Source: an uncultured bacterium
Lineage (GTDB): Bacteria > Acidobacteriota > HRBIN11 > JAKEFK01
DNA length: 64,000 bases
Assembly (NCBI GenBank): GCA_963837395.1
Contig: CAWINI010000003.1
Span: 430,889-494,888, forward strand
Reading direction: 5' to 3'
Shown here one piece after another: positions 56,747 through 64,000 of this stretch (its first letter is position 1; each line of letters starts with the position of its first letter). The notes under the pieces are model-generated. The model ran no database searches, was not told where the DNA came from, and worked only from the letters and a program-made list of their open reading frames with translations. Made by a program: the position numbers and the translations under genes.

Positions 56747-58774
56747 ATGCATATAGTACTACCAGCGCGCTTAAAAGAAGGCCAAAAATTAAAGGATCTG
56801 GCCGATGATCAGCCGAATGCAATTTCGGCTTCGAAAAACATAATCCGCGGCAAAGCGCTCATTTTTTGGGACCAAAAACATCCCGGCAAGAAACTAGATG
56901 CGATCGATACCGATCAAATCACTCCTTCAAAATTTTGTGTTTCCGAGAGTTTAGAATCGCTGGATGAGAAATGGAAAGAAGGAGCCTTCCGCTATTTGAT
57001 GCGGGATTTTCGAGAGCGTGTGCATCGCGGCGAGACATTTGTCATCGCCGGTGATCGTTTTGGAATTGGTTCTTCGCGCGAAATGAGTCCTGCCGGTCTT
57101 AAAGCAATTGCAGAAGAAGTTGGCTTACAGATGGTGATTGTTTGCGGAAACAACATGGGTGATATTTTTCGCCGGAATGCATTTAATCTCGGCCTTCAAG
57201 TGGTTCAATCACCTGAAGCTGTTCAAGATGCGCAGGATGGTGATGAGTTTACGTTCGATGTTCTATCGCGCAAATTAACCAATGTAACTCAAGAAAAGGG
57301 ATACGAGCCCCAACCCTTAACACCGAAAGAGGATGAGATTCGAAGAACCGGTGGAATTTTCGCATTAGGCCGCAGAGAATTTCGCGAGTCAGTTGCACGT
57401 AAACCGGAAATTGTTTGGCCCGATCCGGAAACTGCAAAAAAGATGACAACCACAGAACAAATCGTTTGGGCTCATCGTGTGGATAAAGATGCTGTGGTAA
57501 AACCCGGCGCTACTTTGCGGGTGTTTGCAGATTTGCTACCAGCATCTGATGGCACTGCCCCGTTTTCGATTCACACTTTTAATCAAATCACTGGCGGCAA
57601 TACGATCTATCCAAGACAAGCCGCGGTCGCAAATGATCATTTTGTGTTTACCGGAAAAGCAGAAGACGAAGCGCAGACTTCCATCTCACGTGAATTCGCG
57701 AAGATACATAAAATTGAAAAACCATATTATGCAGATCCCGGTGATGGTATCTTTCATTTTTATTTTCCAGAACAAGGACTGGTATATCCCGGACAATTTA
57801 TTCCGGGTGCCGATTCACACAGCCGAGCTTATGGTGCATATGGCGCAGTCGGATTCGGTGTTGGATCAACAACTCTTGGATTTGGATGGTCGACAGGTTA
57901 CGTTTACTTTACTCTTGCGCGCGCACGCCGGGTAATTTTTGCCGGCAAACTTCAGCCATGGGTAAGCGGTAAAGATATCGTTTTGAAATTATTGGAACGA
58001 TGGGGAACCGCACAATCACAAGGGATGTCGGTTGAATTCGTGGATCAAAACAAACAATTGCCTGTTGCGTACCGAAATACAATCGCAAACATGATGGCTG
58101 AAGGTGAAGCACAAAACGGAATTTTTGCGCCAGATGAATTGACGTATGAATGGTATCGCCAAAAAGGGATTACAGAACTTCCCTATCCATCACTGCAACC
58201 CGGTTCTGAAGCATTTTATGAAATCGCTGAAACATTAAATTTAAGTGATGTTGTTCCGATGATTGCGAAACCATTCAGCCCCGGAAATGCATATCCTGCG
58301 GAAGAGGTGGCGAAAGAACATATTCCTTTTGATAAGGCTTACATCGGTTCATGTACGAATGGAAGTTATGATGATTTACTGCAGGCAGCATTGGTGATCC
58401 GTGCGGCACGAAAAGCAGGAATACACAAGACAGCGCGCGATCTGGTGATTTTTCCAGGATCAGGTGGTGTGAAGAAAGCGATCGAAATTTCGGATCCACG
58501 TTTAGGAAATGAATCGATCGCCGATGTGTTTCGATCCGTGGGTGGAGAGATTCGAAATTCGTGGTGTGGTCCGTGTTTTGGGCAAGGTCCGGATGCATTG
58601 AAAATCGGACAACGTGCAATCACATCCTTTAATCGCAACTGGCAAAATCGTATGGGGGTTGGTGGCGAAGGTTATCTTGCAAGTCCGGCTGTGGTTGCAT
58701 CTTCAGCAATGGTTGGATATATGGCTCCTCCAACCGAACTGAATATTAAATGGACCGCGGAACAAAATATATAA
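56747..58774 (+). CDS. Aconitase-superfamily Fe-S hydro-lyase with permuted domain order: a LeuD-like swivel domain N-terminal to a LeuC-like catalytic core.
   Basis: 'FVIAGDRFGIGSSRE' (swivel). 'SCTNGSYDDL' and 'WCGPCFGQG' (cluster ligands). Confidence 0.7.
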   Translation: MHIVLPARLKEGQKLKDLADDQPNAISASKNIIRGKALIFWDQKHPGKKLDAIDTDQITPSKFCVSESLESLDEKWKEGAFRYLMRDFRERVHRGETFVIAGDRFGIGSSREMSPAGLKAIAEEVGLQMVIVCGNNMGDIFRRNAFNLGLQVVQSPEAVQDAQDGDEFTFDVLSRKLTNVTQEKGYEPQPLTPKEDEIRRTGGIFALGRREFRESVARKPEIVWPDPETAKKMTTTEQIVWAHRVDKDAVVKPGATLRVFADLLPASDGTAPFSIHTFNQITGGNTIYPRQAAVANDHFVFTGKAEDEAQTSISREFAKIHKIEKPYYADPGDGIFHFYFPEQGLVYPGQFIPGADSHSRAYGAYGAVGFGVGSTTLGFGWSTGYVYFTLARARRVIFAGKLQPWVSGKDIVLKLLERWGTAQSQGMSVEFVDQNKQLPVAYRNTIANMMAEGEAQNGIFAPDELTYEWYRQKGITELPYPSLQPGSEAFYEIAETLNLSDVVPMIAKPFSPGNAYPAEEVAKEHIPFDKAYIGSCTNGSYDDLLQAALVIRAARKAGIHKTARDLVIFPGSGGVKKAIEISDPRLGNESIADVFRSVGGEIRNSWCGPCFGQGPDALKIGQRAITSFNRNWQNRMGVGGEGYLASPAVVASSAMVGYMAPPTELNIKWTAEQNI

Positions 58775-58857
58775 ATGGGAGGGCGGGCTCTGTGCCCGCC
58801 GTCGGATTGGCGGGCAGGGACGCCCGCCCTCCAGACGCGTTTTATTTTGGAGGCTTT

Positions 58858-59976
58858 ATGACAATTGAAGCAATAAACCCGGCAACCGAAGAAATCATCC
58901 GAACTTATGAGCAAACGACCTGGGAACAAATCGAATCAATTCTTGATGAAATGCAAAAGACGTTTTTAAGCTGGAAAGAAACGAACTTTGCGGAGCGCAC
59001 CCAAAAAATGAAAGTAGCTGCGCGCATTCTCAGGGATCATAAAGACGAATACGCACGATTGATGGCAGATGAAATGGGAAAACCGCTTGCGCAAGGTAAA
59101 GCTGAAGCCGAAAAGTGCGCATGGTGTTGCGATTATTATGCAGACAATGCTAAGAAATTCCTGGCACCTGAAGTTGTAGAAACGGATGCATCGAAAAGTT
59201 TTGTCAGCTATCAACCGTTAGGAATTGTACTTGCAGTAATGCCCTGGAATTTTCCTTTCTGGCAAGTTTTTAGATTTGCAGCGCCAGCATTAATGGCCGG
59301 GAATGCAGGTTTATTGAAACATGCCTCCAATGTTCCAGGTTGCGCACTGGCGATTGAAAAGATCTTTCATGATGCGGGGTTTCCAAAGAATTTATTTCGA
59401 AGTGTTCTTATAAGCAATGATGTTGTCGCCCGCATTATTGAACATCCTGATGTTAAAGCGGCAACTTTAACTGGCAGTACTCCAGCAGGAAAAGCGGTTG
59501 CATCAAAAGCGGGCGAAGTTCTTAAAAAAACTGTACTCGAACTTGGCGGAAGCGATCCATACGTAATCCTGAAAGATGCTGATTTGGATTCCGCTGTTGA
59601 TACCTGTGTTACATCACGATTAATTAATGGCGGACAAAGCTGCATCGCTGCTAAGCGATTTATTGTTGTAAAAGAAGTCAGGAAGAATTTCGAAGATAAA
59701 TTTGTAGCAAAAATGAAATCGAAAAAAATGGGCAATCCGCTGGAAGAAGGAGTGGATGTGGGGCCGCAAGCAAGAATCGATTTGAGGAATGCATTGCATC
59801 GCCAGGTTGTGATCAGCATTGAAAAAGGGGCCCGTTTACTTTTGGGAGGGACGATTCCAGATCACAAAGGCGCGTATTACGAGCCCACAGTTCTAACGGA
59901 TGTGAAAAAAGGGATGCCTGCATATGATGACGAATTGTTTGGGCACTGTTGCCGCAATCATTCCGGTGGAAAATGA
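58858..59976 (+). CDS. NAD(P)-dependent aldehyde dehydrogenase (succinate-semialdehyde-DH-like), N-terminal about 360 aa. It is frameshifted near 59930.
   Basis: 'VMPWNFPFWQ', 'LELGGSDP' and 'GQSCIAAKR' (catalytic Cys). SD ggagg precedes the internal ATG. Confidence 0.8.
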   Translation: MTIEAINPATEEIIRTYEQTTWEQIESILDEMQKTFLSWKETNFAERTQKMKVAARILRDHKDEYARLMADEMGKPLAQGKAEAEKCAWCCDYYADNAKKFLAPEVVETDASKSFVSYQPLGIVLAVMPWNFPFWQVFRFAAPALMAGNAGLLKHASNVPGCALAIEKIFHDAGFPKNLFRSVLISNDVVARIIEHPDVKAATLTGSTPAGKAVASKAGEVLKKTVLELGGSDPYVILKDADLDSAVDTCVTSRLINGGQSCIAAKRFIVVKEVRKNFEDKFVAKMKSKKMGNPLEEGVDVGPQARIDLRNALHRQVVISIEKGARLLLGGTIPDHKGAYYEPTVLTDVKKGMPAYDDELFGHCCRNHSGGK

Positions 59977-60226
59977 AGAAGAAGCAATTCAGGTTGCAAA
60001 CGATTCTGTGTTTGGACTTGGTGCTGCTGTGTTTACACAAGATCTAAAACGCGGGGAAAAAATTGCGGAAGAAAGATTGGAGGCCGGATCTTGTTTTGTA
60101 AATACGTTTGTGAAATCAGATCCGCGTCTTCCGTTTGGCGGGATCAAAGAATCAGGATATGGACGCGAGCTTTCGTATTTTGGAATCAGGGAGTTTGTAA
60201 ACATCAAAACGGTTTACATCAAATAA
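59924..60226 (+). CDS. Aldehyde dehydrogenase C-terminal segment after the frameshift.
   Basis: 'AAIIPVENEEEAIQVANDSVFGLGAAVFT...PFGGIKESGYGRE'. Confidence 0.75.
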   Translation: MMTNCLGTVAAIIPVENEEEAIQVANDSVFGLGAAVFTQDLKRGEKIAEERLEAGSCFVNTFVKSDPRLPFGGIKESGYGRELSYFGIREFVNIKTVYIK

Positions 60227-60230
60227 AATC

Positions 60231-60307
60231 AACCACGAAGCACACGAAGAAGCACGAAGTAAAAAATACTTCAAAAACCTTTGTGGCACTTCGTGATCTT
60301 CGTGGTT
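60231..60307 (+). repeat. CACGAAG heptamer array (three copies) with a downstream inverted copy (CTTCGTG, CTTCGTGG). It lies upstream of the M20 gene.
   Basis: aaccacgaagcacacgaagaagcacgaagt...ggcacttcgtgatcttcgtggtt. Confidence 0.75.
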
Positions 60308-60325
60308 AAAAAAGGGAGGGGATCT

Positions 60326-61759
60326 ATGAAAATCACACTCATCAGCTTACTAATCGTTTGGTCATTGTTCATTACTTTCACTTTCGCGGATGACGCTCTA
60401 AAAAAATCCGCAGTGGCAAACATCGAAAAACGCGCCACAGAAATGACTGCATTGAGCGATCAAATCTGGGAATATGCAGAGCTTGCATTGCGCGAGACCA
60501 AATCATCGAAAGCATTGGCGGACTATGCGGAACAGCAAGGATTTAAAGTAACGCGCGGCGTTGCAGAAATGCCCACCGCATTTATCGCTGAATTTGGCGA
60601 AGGGCGACCGTTGATTGCAATCCTTGGTGAATATGATGCGCTGCCAGGCATTTCGCAAAAAGCCTCATCACATAAAGAAGCATTGCAAGCTGGAGCTCCC
60701 GGTCATGGTTGCGGACACAATTTGTTTGGAGTTGCCAGTCTTGGTGCCGCCATTGCGATCAAAGATTTAATTCAAGCCGGCAAACTGAAAGGAACAATCC
60801 GCTTTTACGGCACACCCGCGGAAGAATCAGTTGGCGGTAAAGCGTACATGGTGCGTGAGGGTTTGTTTAAGGATGTTGATGTTGCATTAGCATGGCATCC
60901 GGATGATGAAACAGAAGCGGATACAGACAGCACTCAAGCGATGGTTGATTTCATTGTGGAGTTTAAAGGGAAAGCAGCGCATGCTGCAGCCGATCCATGG
61001 AATGGAAGAAGCGCATTAGATGGATTGGAGCTTTTTACGCATGCATTAAATATGATGCGAGAACATGTACGTCCTACAGTACGAATGCATTACGTGATCC
61101 AATCCGGCGGAGATGTTCCGAACGTCGTCCCGGAATATGCAAAGTTATGGTGTTGGGTTCGTGATTCCAAAAAAGTCAGAGTCGACGAATTGCTTGAACG
61201 TGTAAAAAAGATGGCAGAAGGTTCAGCAATGTCAGCAGGTGTGGAAGCAAAGCTCACAGTTCAAGGCGGATCACCGGAAGTTCTGGTGAACATGACCGGC
61301 GAAAAAATACTTGATGCAAATTTGCGATGGCTCGGACCTGTGAAATTCACGCCAGAGGAACAAGCCTTTGCAAAAGCAATTCAAAAAGAAACTGGCGTAA
61401 AAGAAGTTGGCTTAACTGAAAAAATCAATGATTTGAACTTAAACCCTGGTGAACCGGAAGGTGGATCTACGGATGTTGCCGACGTGAGCTGGGTCGTTCC
61501 AACATTACATGTTTCAGTGGTTACTGCTGCAAAAGATGCACCATGGCACGCATGGCCAGTGGTTGCAACCGGTGGAATGTCGATTGGACACAAAGGAATG
61601 ACGTATGCGTCAAAAGCTCTTGCTGCCACCATGATCGATCTATACAAAGATCCGAAAAAGGTTGAGGCCGTGAAAAAAGATTTCGCGGATAAAAAAGGCG
61701 ACGTTATATATAAAGGATATATTCCCGACGGCCCGCCCAAGGTTTTGAATAATAAGTAA
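60326..61759 (+). CDS. Exported M20-family amidohydrolase/peptidase.
   Basis: Signal 'LISLLIVWSLFITFTFA'. 'GHGCGHN' and 'HAAADPWNG' (M20 metal ligands). SD gggagggg. The track start at 60281 translates the repeat. Confidence 0.8.
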   Translation: MKITLISLLIVWSLFITFTFADDALKKSAVANIEKRATEMTALSDQIWEYAELALRETKSSKALADYAEQQGFKVTRGVAEMPTAFIAEFGEGRPLIAILGEYDALPGISQKASSHKEALQAGAPGHGCGHNLFGVASLGAAIAIKDLIQAGKLKGTIRFYGTPAEESVGGKAYMVREGLFKDVDVALAWHPDDETEADTDSTQAMVDFIVEFKGKAAHAAADPWNGRSALDGLELFTHALNMMREHVRPTVRMHYVIQSGGDVPNVVPEYAKLWCWVRDSKKVRVDELLERVKKMAEGSAMSAGVEAKLTVQGGSPEVLVNMTGEKILDANLRWLGPVKFTPEEQAFAKAIQKETGVKEVGLTEKINDLNLNPGEPEGGSTDVADVSWVVPTLHVSVVTAAKDAPWHAWPVVATGGMSIGHKGMTYASKALAATMIDLYKDPKKVEAVKKDFADKKGDVIYKGYIPDGPPKVLNNK

Positions 61760-61765
61760 TTTTTT

Positions 61766-61841
61766 AACCACGAAGTACACGAAGGGCACGAAAAAAAGAA
61801 TCATAGAAAAACTTCTTGCTTCTTGGTGAACTTCGTGGTGT
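61766..61841 (+). repeat. Second CACGAAG array with inverted partner, downstream of the M20 gene in the same orientation.
   Basis: aaccacgaagtacacgaagggcacgaa...gaacttcgtggtg. Confidence 0.7.
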
Positions 61842-61852
61842 GTTCTTGGAAT

Positions 61853-61876
61853 GCCGGCGAGGCCGCCGGCGTTACA
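61853..61876. repeat. Third copy of the GCCGGCGAG(G)CCGCCGGCG(T)TACA palindrome, abutting the stop of the Rieske oxygenase gene.
   Basis: gccggcgaggccgccggcgttaca. Confidence 0.75.
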
Positions 61877-62978
61877 AACTGCTGCTCAAGAATTCGTGCA
61901 GCAACACGTGAAAATGGTGAACGCCATTTTCACGCTTCACTGAAAAGCGTCCACGAACATAGGTTTTTGATTTCAAACCACGCTGCACAGCTTCACAAAT
62001 TTCGATATCTTCTTTTTGAATCTGATCGCTGAACGCTATCGATTCATTCAACGACTCCCATCCTGAAGCCGATCCTGGATCATTGAAGTACCATTCGAAA
62101 ATTGTTAGTGTTTGTTGATGATCGAGCGGTAGTATGTGATTGAATTGCAAATTATCCGGATATATGTTGATCATCCAGTTTGGAAACAGCCAATAATACA
62201 GAGCTTTTGATTCTTCACTTGATCTCACATACCGCCGATCGCGCCCGTGCAAATCTCCGGGCTTCAAGTCTCGAATTGGAGCATGGGCAGAACTGTAATA
62301 GCGGAATGTGTCTACCCGATATTTTTCATAATCCACTTCACGAAACAATTCCGGATGGGCGATTGGAATATGATATCCCTCCAAATAATTATCAATGTAA
62401 ACTTTCCAATTGCAGTTCACAATGTAATCACGCCGTTCAACCAGCCGCATTTTATTTAAATCGACACCCATTTCTTGAACTTCATCGTTGATCTTTCCCA
62501 TGTAGTCTCGAAGCGGCATTGGATGCGATTTCAAATTTACATAAACAAACGGTCCCCAGGATTCTACTGTTGCAGATGGAAGACAAATTTCATCTTTGTT
62601 CCAGTTTTTTACACCTTCAAAATCAGGTTGTGTTAAAAGGCGGCCATCAAGACTGTAAGTCCAGCCATGATATCGGCACTGCAAACTCTTTCGATTTCCT
62701 TTTCCAACAGCAACAGGCCCGGCACGATGGCGGCAAACATTTGACATCGCATGCAGCTTTTCATCGGTCCCATTTGTTACAACCAATGGTTCCCCCGCAA
62801 TTTCGCAAGCATGAAAATCACCCGGACGTTGCAGCAATTCGGTTCTGCTTACTGGCTGCCATGTTTGGGAAAAGATTTTTTGTTTTTCAAATTCTAAGAA
62901 AGCAGGATCGGTGTACCAGCGTGCGGGAATAGTTGAGGCGAGGGATAAGTCCGGTTCGGGATCGTAATCTTTGAACAT
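61872..62978 (-). CDS. Rieske [2Fe-2S] non-haem-iron oxygenase alpha subunit (GbcA / choline-monooxygenase-like).
   Basis: 'CRHRAGPV...LQCRYHGWTY' and catalytic-domain His/Asp motifs. Confidence 0.8.
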   Translation of the reverse strand: MFKDYDPEPDLSLASTIPARWYTDPAFLEFEKQKIFSQTWQPVSRTELLQRPGDFHACEIAGEPLVVTNGTDEKLHAMSNVCRHRAGPVAVGKGNRKSLQCRYHGWTYSLDGRLLTQPDFEGVKNWNKDEICLPSATVESWGPFVYVNLKSHPMPLRDYMGKINDEVQEMGVDLNKMRLVERRDYIVNCNWKVYIDNYLEGYHIPIAHPELFREVDYEKYRVDTFRYYSSAHAPIRDLKPGDLHGRDRRYVRSSEESKALYYWLFPNWMINIYPDNLQFNHILPLDHQQTLTIFEWYFNDPGSASGWESLNESIAFSDQIQKEDIEICEAVQRGLKSKTYVRGRFSVKRENGVHHFHVLLHEFLSSSL

Positions 62979-63062
62979 AATCGTACTCTTACTCTTACTC
63001 TTACTCTTACTCGTACTCTCAATCTAGCTTTCGATTACGATTAAGAGTAAGAGTACGAGTAT
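62979..63062 (-). repeat. Hexamer-repeat hairpin element, copy C. It fills the intergenic gap and, in minus sense, ends ...GAGTACGATT-ATG.
   Basis: aatcgtactcttactcttactcttactcttactcgtactctcaatc, loop tagctttc, gattacgattaagagtaagagtacgagtatg. Confidence 0.8.
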
Positions 63063-63064
63063 GA

Positions 63065-63934
63065 TTATTCCAGTTGCTTTAAGAATTCGGAGGCAACTTG
63101 TTTAACATCGCGGTGATCAACATCGATTTCCGCATTCAGCCGCCTCATTTCATCGGCTGAGATTTTACCACCCAGCTGATTCAACACATCACGCAATTCC
63201 GGATACTGCGCAAGCGTTGCACTTCGAATTACCGGTGCTGCTTCATAAGGCGGAAAATAATGCTGGTCATCTTCCAACACAAACAAATCAAGTTTTGCTA
63301 TAACACCATTTGTCACATCGCCCGCAGCAAAATCTATTTGTTTATTGGCAAGTGCCTTATAACTTAATGTCAAATCCATCACACGCGGCGGTTCCTTGAA
63401 TTTAAGCCCATACAATGCTGCCATTCCAGGATAACCATCTTTGCGTTCCATAAATTCATAACCAAATCCAGCGATCCACTGTGGCGCATATCGTGCCGCT
63501 TCAGAAATCGTTTTGATACCCAGCTTTCGTGCATCTTCACCACGTATCAAAATCGCAAAAGTATTGTTAAAGCCAAGCGGCTTCAACCATTCCAAATTGA
63601 ACTGCTTCACATAACTATCATGGACAATTTTGAATACAGTTGATGCATCATTTTGTGGTTCCATTTTCAGGATCGCAGTCAAAGCAGTGCCGGTGTATTC
63701 AACGTAGGTATCCATCCCACCGGCTGTTAAAGCTTGATGGCAAATAAAGCTTCCACCTAAATTTAGCTTTCTTTGAACTTTTAACGTGGTCTTGTTTTCA
63801 ATTTGCTGCGCGATGATTTCACCCAGCAGTACCTGCTCACTAAAATTTTTTGAGCCAACAACAATTTCATTATTTTTGCTGTTACATCCCGCAAAAGCAG
63901 TGATAATCAGAATCAGGATGAATATTTTTTTCAT
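63065..63934 (-). CDS. ABC-transporter substrate-binding lipoprotein, glycine betaine/choline type (OpuAC-like).
   Basis: Lipobox 'ITAFAGC'. The OpuAC-fold assignment rests on overall resemblance. Confidence 0.75.
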   Translation of the reverse strand: MKKIFILILIITAFAGCNSKNNEIVVGSKNFSEQVLLGEIIAQQIENKTTLKVQRKLNLGGSFICHQALTAGGMDTYVEYTGTALTAILKMEPQNDASTVFKIVHDSYVKQFNLEWLKPLGFNNTFAILIRGEDARKLGIKTISEAARYAPQWIAGFGYEFMERKDGYPGMAALYGLKFKEPPRVMDLTLSYKALANKQIDFAAGDVTNGVIAKLDLFVLEDDQHYFPPYEAAPVIRSATLAQYPELRDVLNQLGGKISADEMRRLNAEIDVDHRDVKQVASEFLKQLE

Positions 63935-64000
63935 TTTGATATGTGCGTTAATTTCTTTTGAATCAATCCCAGTACACCATCTGCAAACAGTGCAAGAATT
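63931..64000 (-). CDS. 3' end of an ABC-transporter permease gene (partial at the window edge). Its stop overlaps the next ATG as ATGA.
   Basis: Minus-frame translation '...ILALFADGVLGLIQKKLTHISK*'. Confidence 0.45.
   Translation of the reverse strand, partial: ILALFADGVLGLIQKKLTHISK

Noticed and set aside
58750-58857. N-terminal extensions of ORF-track genes. Examples are 58750 for the aldehyde dehydrogenase, 60281 for M20, 37757 for HAD-IB, 24459 for the TPR protein and 43706 for DJ-1.
   Set aside because: The extensions translate palindromic repeat elements or the upstream gene. Internal ATGs with SD sequences and signal peptides give more plausible starts.
1-64000. tRNA, rRNA or other structured RNA genes.
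   Set aside because: By eye, no T-loop-like GGTTCRANTCC boxes or rRNA-like segments were found in intergenic regions. An undetected small RNA cannot be excluded without a covariance search.

Overview
This is a 64-kb bacterial chromosomal window, about 45% GC, densely coded on both strands. Many ORF-track starts are GTG or TTG. The lineage cannot be assigned from sequence alone.

Gene content, in order:
- A hybrid sensor kinase, receiver and degenerate GGDEF protein, then quinone oxidoreductase.
- A large membrane sensor module beside a HAMP/PAS histidine kinase.
- A PLP aminotransferase.
- An exported PqqB-like metallo-beta-lactamase-fold hydrolase, translationally coupled to a PQQ-repeat beta-propeller that carries (TQ)n tracts.
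- A block of hypothetical secreted proteins plus a SAM methyltransferase.
- An M23 peptidase, a HAD hydrolase, and ffh.
- A long minus-strand run: pspA-like, FHA-GAF-nucleotidyl cyclase, Cache/HD-GYP, TPR lipoprotein, roadblock, ftsY, ribD, ribE, ribBA.
- A Rieske, split cytochrome b and 8-heme cytochrome c operon with a small membrane peptide and a HEAT-repeat protein.
- A GT39-like membrane protein, a HAD-IB hydrolase, a LarA-like protein, and an FHA-GAF histidine kinase.
- An AraC regulator paired with a DJ-1/PfpI protein, and an HtrA protease.
- A 1459-aa four-domain protein (fatty-acyl reductase, acyl-AMP ligase, ACP, AGPAT) resembling the myxobacterial ether-lipid enzyme ElbD, followed by an epimerase and a convergent lipid kinase.
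- A Ser/Thr kinase with TPR repeats, a RemA-like protein, folB, and a permuted aconitase-family hydro-lyase.
- An aldehyde dehydrogenase, an M20 amidohydrolase, a Rieske oxygenase, and a betaine-type ABC substrate-binding protein.

The most unusual signals are non-coding:
- A hexamer-repeat hairpin, (TACTCN)n-loop-(NGAGTA)n, sits immediately 5' of three unrelated start codons.
- Heptamer/octamer arrays with CACGAAG and TCACGGAA cores flank the M20 gene and sit upstream of the aminotransferase.
- Several GC-rich palindromic REP/MITE-like families are present; one copy is inserted in-frame in a membrane-protein gene.
- GC-rich palindromes are followed by TATAAT directly abutting ATG (three cases, strongest at the ElbD-like gene), suggesting leaderless transcripts.

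At least six genes are split by apparent single-base frameshifts or an in-frame stop. At least two of these sit in short homopolymer runs, so these breaks may be assembly errors rather than pseudogenes.
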